NCBI GenBank assembly: GCA_945949485.1
Contig: CAMFER010000003.1
Location: forward strand, 605 to 64,604
Direction: 5' to 3'
Source: an uncultured Clostridium sp.
Lineage (GTDB): Bacteria; Bacillota; Clostridia; TANB77; CAG-508
DNA: 64,000 bases
Shown here piece by piece: positions 17,696 through 28,600 of this stretch; within the stretch, counting starts at the first letter, position 1, and every line of letters begins with the position of its first letter. The notes below the pieces were generated by a model that was given only the letters and a program-made list of their open reading frames with translations, did no database searches and had not been told where the DNA came from. The translations under genes were made by a program, and so were the position numbers.

Positions 17696-18742
17696 ATGGA
17701 CAAGTTATTAGATAATGTAGAAACACTAACTTTATATACAGGGACATATGGAAGGAAAAGGTGTACTTGCTCATGTATAGGATGTACACAGGAAAGTTAT
17801 GGAAGAAAACATAAAGATTATCAAGGAAGTTTAAAAGAAATAGAAATTATAATAAAAAAATTACCAAATTTAAAAGAAGCATATATACTTGGAAATCCAG
17901 ATGTATCAGTAGATACAGAATTTTGCAACTTGGCAGCAAGAGAGTTTATAAAAAGCGGAAAGAAGGTAATGTTTTCAACTTCTGGATACAATGGATTAGA
18001 GGTGATAACAAAATTAATAAAAGAAATTGATCCAAAAGATATAGGGTATATAAGTTATAGTGTAGATACTTTAGATAATAATAAATTACAATATCTAAAA
18101 GGAACGAAAAATATAGATATAGATCAAATAAATGAAGCAATAAAATATTGTATAGATAAAAACATAATAGTAAAAATACAACCTACTTTATGGGAAATAA
18201 ATCAAGAGGATTATAAAGAAATAATAGAATATTATGCGAAATTAGGAATAGAATGGTTTACATTTCATGCGGGAAGTTTTGAAGCTTTAAAAGGAAGAGA
18301 TATAAAATTGAATCATATAACTCCACAAAAATGGAGAGAAATTGTTGAGGATATTAATAAAATAGCAATATATAAAAATTTAAAAATAAAAGCTCCAAAA
18401 TTATTTTTAAATAAAAAAGAATTAGAGATATATAAAACTAATAATAAAGTATATTGTCAAAATGGAGGAAGAGGACTTCAAATATGGATGCAAGAAGATG
18501 GACTAAAAGCAACTTTTTGCCCTATTTTGGCAGAAGTTTCAGAAAAATATATATTTGATTTAGTAAAAGAAAAACCTATTTTAATAGAGGGAGAAAAAAA
18601 TAAGTGTGCTGTTTGCAGTAGGTGTTTAGATGAGAGAGTAAAAAATATGTCATTACATAAAATGGGAAGAGAATTTTTATTAAAAAATGAAATGCTATAT
18701 AATGTATGCAGATATTATTCAGACAAAAGAAGATATGGATAG
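17696..18742 (+). CDS. Radical SAM domain protein of unknown function
   Basis: CTCSCIGC contains CxxxCxxC at residues 24/28/31. A second Cys cluster, CAVCSRC, lies near the C-terminus. AGGAGG SD. Confidence 0.55.
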   Translation: MDKLLDNVETLTLYTGTYGRKRCTCSCIGCTQESYGRKHKDYQGSLKEIEIIIKKLPNLKEAYILGNPDVSVDTEFCNLAAREFIKSGKKVMFSTSGYNGLEVITKLIKEIDPKDIGYISYSVDTLDNNKLQYLKGTKNIDIDQINEAIKYCIDKNIIVKIQPTLWEINQEDYKEIIEYYAKLGIEWFTFHAGSFEALKGRDIKLNHITPQKWREIVEDINKIAIYKNLKIKAPKLFLNKKELEIYKTNNKVYCQNGGRGLQIWMQEDGLKATFCPILAEVSEKYIFDLVKEKPILIEGEKNKCAVCSRCLDERVKNMSLHKMGREFLLKNEMLYNVCRYYSDKRRYG

Positions 18743-18753
18743 AGGAGAATATT

Positions 18754-20448
18754 ATGGAAGGAAAAAAGGGGATTGTACTTGAAGATATATTAGATGAAGC
18801 AAAAAGAAAAAACAAAACCATAAAGGAAGATATAATAAAAAGAGCATATAATTATGCTAATAAAAAGCATAAAGACCAACTGAGAAAATCGGGAGAAGAA
18901 TATATTATACATCCACTAAATGTAGCATATATTTTAGCAACATTAGGATTAGATACTGAAACGATTTGTGCAGCTTTATTACATGATGTTGTGGAAGATA
19001 CAGATGGGACATATGAAGAAATAGAAAAGAATTTTGGAAAAGAAATAGCAACACTAGTAGAGGGGGTTACAAAATTAACAAATCTATTTAAAACAGTTGA
19101 AGAAAAAAAGACAGAAAACTACAAGAAAATGTTTATTGCAATGGAAAAAGATATAAGAGTAATAATATTAAAATTAGCAGATAGATTGCATAATATAAAT
19201 ACATTACAATATCTAAGTAGAGATAGACAAATAGCTATAAGTCAAGAAACGATAGATTTATATGCACCAATAGCACACAAACTAGGGATGTATGATTTGA
19301 AAATGAAGTTACAAGATGGAGCATTTAAATATTTATATCCAGAAGAGTATAATAAAATTTTAATGTTATTAGAAGAAAAAATAGAAAAAAATACGAAATT
19401 ATTAGAAAATACAAAAAGAAAAATAGATTGTAATTTGAAAAATCAAAGAATAGAAACTATTACTAAAATAGAGACAAAACATATATATAATATTTATAGA
19501 AAAATAATAGAAAAGAAAATAGATATAGATCAAATAAAAGATTTATTCGCAATAAAAATAATAGCGAATAACAAACAAGATTGTTATAAAATATTAGGTA
19601 TAATTAATAATATATATCATTCCCTACCAAGAACTTTTAAAGATTACATAGCAACACCAAGAAATAACAAATATCAAGCAATTCACGAGATAATGTTAGG
19701 AGAAAAAGGCGTTATGTTTGAAGCTCAGATTTGTAGTTATAGAATGAATAAAATTGCAAGATATGGAATAACGAATTATTTTTCATATTTTGAAAATAAA
19801 GAAAAAGATAAAAATGAATGGATATTCGAAAAGAATTTAGAAGGAATTCATAATAGCCTAGAATTTGAGAATATGATAGAAAATCCAAAAGAATTTTTAG
19901 GTGTCTTAAAAAGTGAATTGCTAGATGATGAAATTTATATATTTACACCAAAAGGAGAAATAAAGGTATTGCCCAAAGATTCAACTGTTATAGATTTTGC
20001 ATATAGTATACATGATGAAATAGGAAATCATATGTTGAGTTGCAAAATAAATAGTATAGAAATGCCTGTTATAACGACATTAAAAAATGGAAACATTGTA
20101 GAGATATTAACAAGTCAAGAAGAATTGATTCCTCAAGAAGAATGGTTAGAATTAATAAAAACAGCAAAAGCAAAAAGTAGAATTGTAAAATTATTAGATA
20201 AAAAAGAAAAAGAAGTAAAAGAAAAGAAAACAATAAAAATAGTAGCGAATGATAGAAAAGGATTAGCACTAGAAATATCAAATATATTTACTGAAAATAA
20301 AATAAATATAGAATCTTTTAAAACAAAAGTAGAAAAAGGAAAAGCAGAATTGGAAGTAATAGTGACAATAGATAAAAAAAAGAATATAATAAATCTTTCA
20401 GAGAAGATATTGAGGATAAAGGATATAATATGCATAAAAATATTATAA
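18754..20448 (+). CDS. RelA/SpoT-homologue (HD hydrolase - divergent synthetase - TGS - ACT), short form
   Basis: HD domain HPLNVAYILATLGLD..LLHDVVEDT, TGS IYIFTPKGEIKVLPKDSTVIDFAYSIH, C-terminal ACT. ATG at 18754 after a GAGGAG SD. Confidence 0.85.
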   Translation: MEGKKGIVLEDILDEAKRKNKTIKEDIIKRAYNYANKKHKDQLRKSGEEYIIHPLNVAYILATLGLDTETICAALLHDVVEDTDGTYEEIEKNFGKEIATLVEGVTKLTNLFKTVEEKKTENYKKMFIAMEKDIRVIILKLADRLHNINTLQYLSRDRQIAISQETIDLYAPIAHKLGMYDLKMKLQDGAFKYLYPEEYNKILMLLEEKIEKNTKLLENTKRKIDCNLKNQRIETITKIETKHIYNIYRKIIEKKIDIDQIKDLFAIKIIANNKQDCYKILGIINNIYHSLPRTFKDYIATPRNNKYQAIHEIMLGEKGVMFEAQICSYRMNKIARYGITNYFSYFENKEKDKNEWIFEKNLEGIHNSLEFENMIENPKEFLGVLKSELLDDEIYIFTPKGEIKVLPKDSTVIDFAYSIHDEIGNHMLSCKINSIEMPVITTLKNGNIVEILTSQEELIPQEEWLELIKTAKAKSRIVKLLDKKEKEVKEKKTIKIVANDRKGLALEISNIFTENKINIESFKTKVEKGKAELEVIVTIDKKKNIINLSEKILRIKDIICIKIL

Positions 20449-20465
20449 GCATAAAAAAACAAATT

Positions 20466-20502
20466 CCTAATATAAATATATTAAATAAATATTTATATTA
20501 GG
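20466..20502 (+). promoter_or_regulatory. 14-bp AT-rich hairpin whose 3' arm contains the cwlD SD
   Basis: CCTAATATAAATAT (20466-20479) pairs with ATATTTATATTAGG (20489-20502), followed by AGTTTTT ATG. Confidence 0.5.
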
Positions 20503-20509
20503 AGTTTTT

Positions 20510-21235
20510 ATGTTAGTAATTAATAAAAAAAGAATAAAATTTATTACGTTGATATTAATTTTTTCAATATCTATTTATTTAATAGATGGAATGACGATAA
20601 AAGAAAAAGAAACAGTAGAAGTTACATCAACTCCTACATCTAATAAAGTGATAATAGTTGATGCGGGACATGGAACGCCAGATGAAGGCGCAGAAAGCAA
20701 AAATGGGACAACAGAAGCGGAAATAAATTTGAAGATAGCATTAAAACTACAAAACTTATTAGAACAAAACGGCAGTACAGTATTGCTTACAAGATTTGAT
20801 AGTAATGCAATATATGATTTAGACTCAAAAACTTTAAAGCAAAAAAAAGTATCTGATATACGAAATAGAGTGGAAATTGCAAATGAAAATCATGCTGATT
20901 TGTTTGTATCAATTCATCTTAATAAAATATCTCAATCCCAATACTATGGTTGGCAGTGTTTTTATAACACTAAAAATGAAAACAGTAAAATATTGGCAGA
21001 ATCAATGCAAGAAAGCTTAAATGATACAATTCAAAAAGAAAATAATAGAAAGGCTATGAAACTTGATACTGTTTATATAATGAAAAAAGTAGAGATTCCT
21101 ATTTCAATTGTAGAATGTGGTTTCTTATCTAATCCAGAAGAAGAACAAGAATTATTAAGTGATGAATATCAAGAAAGATTAGCATGGGGAATTTATATAG
21201 GAATTAACAATTATTTTATAACCATTAATACATAA
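20510..21235 (+). CDS. cwlD: Germination-specific N-acetylmuramoyl-L-alanine amidase CwlD
   Basis: VIIVDAGHGTPDEGA..EAEINLKIA..LLTRFD..DIRNRVEIAN..ADLFVSIHLN, with an N-terminal anchor. Confidence 0.85.
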   Translation: MLVINKKRIKFITLILIFSISIYLIDGMTIKEKETVEVTSTPTSNKVIIVDAGHGTPDEGAESKNGTTEAEINLKIALKLQNLLEQNGSTVLLTRFDSNAIYDLDSKTLKQKKVSDIRNRVEIANENHADLFVSIHLNKISQSQYYGWQCFYNTKNENSKILAESMQESLNDTIQKENNRKAMKLDTVYIMKKVEIPISIVECGFLSNPEEEQELLSDEYQERLAWGIYIGINNYFITINT

Positions 21236-21236
21236 G

Positions 21237-21264
21237 TTGAAAAAATCTAAAAATGTAGTATAAT
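21237..21264 (+). promoter_or_regulatory. Sigma-A type promoter for the orphan ORF 21302-21652
   Basis: TTGAAA, 16-nt spacer, TATAAT (21259-21264). A small palindrome ATAGGC-AAATG-GCCTAT follows at 21271-21287. Confidence 0.5.
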
Positions 21265-21301
21265 GATTTTATAGGCAAATGGCCTATTAGGAGATATTAA
21301 A

Positions 21302-21652
21302 ATGAAACAAAAAGAAAAGAAATTAATTGCACAAAAGGAATGTAAACGGTTACGTTCGCTAGGAGTGAAAGAAGAGATTTGTCAAGAACTCTACAGAAGG
21401 CTTATGAAGTCTACAGAATTTAGATTCAACTATTCACTTAGAGAACTTGAAAAAGTTGAAAGAAATATGGGAGATGGATTTAAGATTATGCAGACAAAGA
21501 CTGCAAATGGAACAGGAATCGATGAGGTTACAGTGTATAACAATAAAACGATTTTCTGGATAGAGTTTGAAAAGAAAGAAGAAGCATCTAAAGAAGAGAT
21601 TGATTTAATGGACATTGACATTTCTCCAGTATTTCAAAATTTCTTTGGTTAA
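21302..21652 (+). CDS. Hypothetical protein (116 aa, orphan, compositionally atypical)
   Basis: It has its own promoter and SD. Its codon choice (CGG, CGT, TCG, CTC, CTG, GAC) is unusual for this window. Confidence 0.5.
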   Translation: MKQKEKKLIAQKECKRLRSLGVKEEICQELYRRLMKSTEFRFNYSLRELEKVERNMGDGFKIMQTKTANGTGIDEVTVYNNKTIFWIEFEKKEEASKEEIDLMDIDISPVFQNFFG

Positions 21653-21776
21653 TCCTTGAAGAAGAGAAAGATATTTTTTCTTCTTTTTTTCTATTTTCTA
21701 GTATGTTTTGCATTTTTAATATAAAAATGGTATAATATATATGTGAAACGTTTTTTTATTCAAAGGAGGAATAATT

Positions 21777-22568
21777 ATGGATACAAAAAGAGAAGAATTT
21801 TTAAGAAGAAATAGAGTAGATTTAAACGTTGCAAATTTTATGAATAAGGAAAATAAAGAAAGATATACAGAGCCAGATAAAAAGATACCAAAAAGAAGAA
21901 ATACAAAAGGAAAAAGAAATTACAATAGGATAAAAGCAGTAATTGCAGCTTCTGTGATTCTTTTTGGAGGAATGGGAGCATATAGTGAATATAAAGAAAA
22001 TCAAAAACAAAATATTCCAGTTGAACTTCAGACAGCTTTAAAAAATGGTGAAACTTTAGAAACATTAGGAATTGATGAAAGTACATATGAAGATATTCAA
22101 AAATTCAACTTAATGGATATTGAAAATCTTTCAGATGAAGAATTAAAAGATATGATTAAAGATTCAAAAAATATACAATTTGAAATTGTAAAAGATAAGT
22201 TGTCAGAAATATATAATGTTGATGAATCAGAAATTAGTATTATACCTGAAGGAGCGGTATTAAGTGACGGAGAAGTATCTCAAGAAGCGGCAGTAAAAGT
22301 AGGAGAAGAGATAGTAACAACAGATATATCAACAGAAGTAAAGGAAATGTTTCAAAATTGTGAAGACGCAAATATAAATTATAGAAAAGTAAATGATGAA
22401 GATGAATATAATAAAGAAGATACAATAAAAGCATTAAAAGATGACAAAAAGACAATAAATCAAATGGCAGCAAAAAAAATAACTAAGACAAAAGATGGTA
22501 GACTGGAAGCTAATATTATGACAGTTGGAGAAATTGCAGAAAAACAACAAGAAGGAATGGAAAGATAG
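21777..22568 (+). CDS. Hypothetical membrane-anchored protein (263 aa)
   Basis: AAGGAGG SD, basic N-terminus, one TM segment (AVIAASVILFGGMGAY), acidic extracellular part. Confidence 0.55.
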   Translation: MDTKREEFLRRNRVDLNVANFMNKENKERYTEPDKKIPKRRNTKGKRNYNRIKAVIAASVILFGGMGAYSEYKENQKQNIPVELQTALKNGETLETLGIDESTYEDIQKFNLMDIENLSDEELKDMIKDSKNIQFEIVKDKLSEIYNVDESEISIIPEGAVLSDGEVSQEAAVKVGEEIVTTDISTEVKEMFQNCEDANINYRKVNDEDEYNKEDTIKALKDDKKTINQMAAKKITKTKDGRLEANIMTVGEIAEKQQEGMER

Positions 22569-22638
22569 AAAATATGTATAAAATTTCCACTCTTTGCAAA
22601 CAATATGTGTAAAACATATTTGCAAGGAGTGGAATTTT

Positions 22639-25600
22639 TTGAAAGAAAACAAGATATTAAAAATAAATGGAACCGTGCTTGATAAAAAGCAATTAGAAAA
22701 TTATTTAGAAAAGTTTGCTTCAAATCATAACCTCATGAGTAAACCAGAAAAAAACACATATCCAATACCACATATGAAAGAAAGCTTTAAAATAATAGAA
22801 CAAGTATATAACTTACTAAATGAACATTTAAAATTAAGAATAGCTATTCATCCAGCAGGAGAGTGGCTTTTAGACAATTTATATATAATAGAACAAACAG
22901 TAAGACAAGTAGAAAAAGAAATGACATTAAGAAAATATTTAAGCTTTTCCGCAATAGCAAATGGTCAATATAAAGGATTTGCCCGTATTTATGTATTAGC
23001 ATCAGAAATTGTTGCATACACAGACAATATAATAAACAAAGACGATTTAAGTGATTATTTAAAAAGTTATCAATCTAAAAGAACATTAAGCATGGAAGAA
23101 TTATGGAATATAGGTATATTTATTCAAATAGCACTAATTGAAAATATAAGAGAAATTTGTGAAAAAATATATAGTGTCCAAATGCAAAAATTAAAAGCAG
23201 AAAATATAGTAGAGAGACTTGTTGAAAATAAGAACAAAAAAGAACTGATATATAGCCTAAATAGTAAAATAAAATTAGATATAAATGACAAAGATATAAA
23301 ATATCCATTTATAGAATATATGTCATATATTTTAAAAAGGTATGGAAAAAAAGGATTTAGATATTTGAATGCTTTAGAAGAAACAGTAGAAATGTATGGA
23401 ACTTCAATTTCAGAAATAATAAAAAAAGAACATTTTGATATAGCAGTTAGAAAAGTTTCAATTGGAAATAGTATTACTAGTATGAAAACAATTCAAAGAA
23501 TTAATTTTTTAGAAGTATTCGAAAAAGTAAATGGAGTAGAAGAAATATTAAAACAAGATCCAGCAGGCGTATATCAATATATGGATGATAAAACCAAAGA
23601 TTACTATAGAGCAAAGATAAAAGAGATTTCCAAAAAAAGTAAAATATCAGAAATATATATAGCAAGAAAAATATTAGGATTAGCAAAGGCCAAAAGCATC
23701 CAAAGTAAAGAAACTCATATTGGATATTACTTAATTGATAAAGGACAAAACGAATTATACAATATTTTAAAGATAAATAAATTAAATAGGTTAGATAATA
23801 AGTTAAAAACAAAAATATATATATCTAGCATTATAATACTAAGTTTAATAATCTCGTTAGGTATTTCATTAACATTAGGAATAACAAATAATTTGCTAAT
23901 GTATTTGATAAGCACAATTATTTTTTTCATTCCCGCAACAGAGATTTCAATTCAATTAATTCAATATATATTAAGTAAAATAGTAAAACCTAAAATAATA
24001 CCCAAGATGAAATTAAAAAAAGGAATAAGTAAAGAAAATTCAACAATGGTAATAATTCCAACAATACTTAAAAGTAAAGATAAAGTTGAAGAATTAATGG
24101 AAAAACTAGAAGTATTTTATTTAGCAAACAAATCACCTAATATATATTTTACGCTATTAGGAGATTGTAGTGAAGAAAATGAAGAAGAAAAAGAGTTTGA
24201 TAATGAAGTAATAAATGTAGGTAAGAAAAAAGTAAAAGAATTAAATGAAAAATACAATTGTTCAGATAATAAAATTCCACTATTTAATTTTATATACAGA
24301 AAAAGAACTTTCAATGAAAAAGAAAACAAATATATGGGCTGGGAAAGAAAAAGAGGAATGATAACCCAGTTTAATGAATACTTATTAGGAAATATTGAAA
24401 GTCCATTTAGAGAAAATACAATTGAAGATTATATAAATAATATAAAAGAAGGAAATGAAATTAGAAACATATTAAAAAATATAAGATATGTTATAACACT
24501 AGACGCAGATACTGATTTAATATTAAACTCAGCTTTTGAACTTATAGGAGCAATGTCACATATATTAAATAAACCAGTGATTGATAAAGAAAAAAATATT
24601 GTGGTAGATGGATATGGAATCATTCAACCTAGAGTTGGAGTAGATTTAGACATAAGTTTTAAAACTATATTTACAAAAATATTTGCTGGAAATGGTGGAT
24701 TTGATTCATATACAAATGCAATATCAGATATTTATCAAGATAATTTTGGCGAAGGAATATATACTGGAAAAGGAATATATGATTTGCATGTATTTTCAAA
24801 AGTATTAAAAAACGAAATTCCAGAAAATACAGTATTAAGTCATGACCTATTAGAAGGAAGTTATTTAAGATGTGGACTTGCATCAGATATATTATTGATA
24901 GATGGATATCCTACTAAATATAGTACATTTATGAATAGATTATCAAGATGGATTAGAGGGGATTGGCAAATATTAAAATGGATAAGTAAAAAAAGTCCTT
25001 TAAATATTTTATCAAAATATAAAATAATTGATAACTTAAGAAGAAGTTTGTTAGAAATATCATTAGTAGTTGGGATAATATATAGTCTATTAATTGGAAA
25101 AATATATATGAAAAATATAGTTTCTACATTAACTTTGCTAACAGTTATTTGTGTTTTTCCATATATATTGAATATAATAAACAGAATGATATTCAAAAAA
25201 GAAGGAGAAGAAAAACAAAAGACTTTTTCACCAAGAATTTCAGGATATAAAGGAGATATAATAAGTTTAATATTAACTTTAGGATGTCTTCCATATAAAG
25301 CATATATATCTTTAAAAGCAATAGTAAAAACGATATATAGAATGAAAATAAGTAAGAAAAATTTATTAGAATGGATGACATCAGAAGAAGCAGAAAAGCA
25401 AGCCTTAGTTACAATATATTCATATAATAGGCAAATGTTAGTAAATATAATATTTGGAATAATATTTTTCATAATAGGAGCATGCAAAATAAATATTTTA
25501 TTTGAAATATTAGGAATACTTTGTATAATAACTCCAAGTATTATGTGGTATATAAGTAAAGAAGGAGAAAAAGAAGAAAAAGAGAAAAAATTAGATAATA

Positions 25601-28600
25601 AAGAAAGAGAATATTTGGATGATATAGCTAAGAAAACATGGGATTTCTTTAAAGATTATTTAACAGAGGAAAATAATTATTTAATACCAGATAATTATCA
25701 AGAAGATAGAAAACAAAAAATAGTTCAAAGAACATCATCAACAAATATCGGATTGTCTCTTTTAGCTGTAATTTCAGCTTATGATTTAAAATATATAGAT
25801 TTAGAAGAAACAAAAAAATATTTAAGCAAAATAATAATGGCAATATCAAAATTAGAAAAATGGAATGGGCATTTATATAATTGGTATAATACCAAAACTA
25901 CCAAGCCGCTAATTCCAAGATATATATCAACAGTAGATAGCCGGAAATTTAGTAGGATATTTATATGTTGTAAAAACTTTTTTAGAGGAAAATATGCCAA
26001 ACAGTATGGAAATATTTATTGTAAATAATTTGATTAATGAAACTGATTTTTCAAAATTATATGACAATGAGAAACAAATATTTTCAATAGGATTTAATAT
26101 AGAAGAAAATAAACTAACTGATTCATATTACGATTTATTAGCTTCTGAGGCAAGACAAGCAAGTTTTGTTGCAATAGCAAAAAAAGATGTACCTGCAAAG
26201 CATTGGAGCTATTTGAGTAGAACATTAACTACACTTGGAAAATACAAAGGATTGATTTCATGGTCTGGAACATCATTTGAATATTTAATGCCAAATATTA
26301 ATATACCACGATATAAAGGGAGTTTACTTGATGAGTCTTGTAAATTCATGATTATGAGCCAAAGAGAATATTGTAATAAATTAAATATACCATGGGGAAT
26401 ATCAGAAGCGGCTTTTAATATGAAAGATTTAAATTCAAATTATCAATATAAAGCATTTGGAATACCATGGCTTGGATTAAAAAGAGGTTTGGCTGATGAA
26501 TCAGTAGTTGCAAGTTATGGAAGTATATTAGCTATAAAAGATTTACCAAAAGAAGAAATTAAAAATTTAAAAATTCTAGAAGAGCAAGGTATGGTTGGAA
26601 AATATGGCTTTTATGAATCGATAGATTACACTCCAGAAAGAGTAGAAAAAGGGAAAAGCTATAGTGTAGTAAAAACATATATGGCACATCACCAAGGACT
26701 AATCCTATTATCACTTAATAATTTATTTAATGACAATATATTACAAAAAAGATTTATGAAAAATCCAGAAATGCAATCAGTTAAGATTTTGTTGCAAGAA
26801 ACAATGCCAGAAACATTTATAACAACAAAAGAAAACAAGGAAAAAGTAGAAAAATTAAAGTATAAAGATTATGAAGATTATATAATAACTAAATATAACA
26901 AGATAGATGAAAGATTAATAAGGGGAAATATCATTTCAAATGAGAATTACACTATTGCATTAAATCAAAAAGGTGAAGGATTTAGTAAATATGGCGATAT
27001 ATATATAAATAGATACAAAGAAACAGAAGATTATTCACAAGGTATATTTTTTGATATAAAAAATATAAAAAGCAAGCAAATATGGAGTACAAATTATTCT
27101 CATATTGGACAAGATAGCAGTTATAAAATAAGTTTTATGCCAGATAGAGATTTGCAAGAAATAATAAATGGAAATATAAAGACAAAAGTAGAAACAACAA
27201 TAGCCTCTAATGAGCCAGTAGAAATAAGAAAAATGGTATTCGAAAATAATGGACAAGAAGATGAAATATTAGAAGTTACAGCATATTTTGAACCAGTTTT
27301 ATCAAAAAAAGAGCAAGATTATGCACATCCAGCTTTTAACAATTTGTTTTTAGTATTAGATTATGATAAAGAAAACAATTTTATAGAGTTAACTAGAAGA
27401 AATAGAAACAAAGAAGAAAAAAATATGTATTTATATACAACATTATCCACAAATAGTGAGACAATTGGGGATTTTGAATATGAAATAGAAGAAGAAAAGT
27501 TTATAGGTAGAGGTAATTTAAACATACCAAGAATGGTAGAAAAATCAATTCCATTATCTAAAAAAATAGGGCTTGTCACAGAACCAATTATAGCTTTAAA
27601 AAGAATTATAAAAATACCAGCAAATAGTAAAGGCAATATTAATTTTTTAATTTCAATAAATGAAGATAAACTAGTAGCAAAAGATAATTTAAAGAAATAT
27701 TTAATGAGTGAAAATGTTAATACAGAATTTGATTTAGCAAAAGCAAGAGTTGAGGCAGAAAGTAGATATCTTAGAATAAAAGGAAAAGACATAGCTATAT
27801 ATCAAAAAATGATGTCATATATGATATTTGATAATCCAATAAAAAGTGTTTGGAGAAACAAATTAGCGAAAGCAAAAGTAAAATTTAAACAATCTGATCT
27901 ATGGAAATATGGAATATCAGGAGATTGCCCGATAATATTAGTGAAAATAAAAGATGTAAATGATGGGTATATAATAAAAGAAGTATTAAAAGCATATGAA
28001 TATTTCAGGACTAAAAATATTATTACAGAATTAGTAATAATTGATGAAGAAAAATATAGTTATGAAAATTATGTTAAAGAAGAAATAGAAGGAAATATAT
28101 TAAATAATCATATGTCATATTTAAAGAATATCAGAGGTGGAATATTTATACTTTCAAAAGAAGAAATAGATAAAAAAGATATTGAATTATTAGAATTTGT
28201 ATCAAGTATAATAATAAATAGCAATAAAAGTGGATTAGAAAATAATATAAAAGAAATAGAAGAAGAATATCTAGATAGTTACAAAGATATTGGAAATGAA
28301 GAAAATGTAATAAATACAGTAACAAATGAAAATAAAGATATTGATTTATTAGAAAACAATGAAAACTATAAATACTATAATGAATATGGAGCTTTTTCAG
28401 AAGATGGAAAAGAATATATAATAAGAACAAATAAAAATAACAGATTACCAACAGTATGGAGTCATATAATGGCAAATGAGAAATTTGGAACTGTAGTAAC
28501 GGAAAACATGGGAGGATATAGTTGGTATAAAAATAGCAGATTAAATAGGATAACATCTTGGGAAAATAATGCTAGTTATGATATTCCATCAGAAATAATA

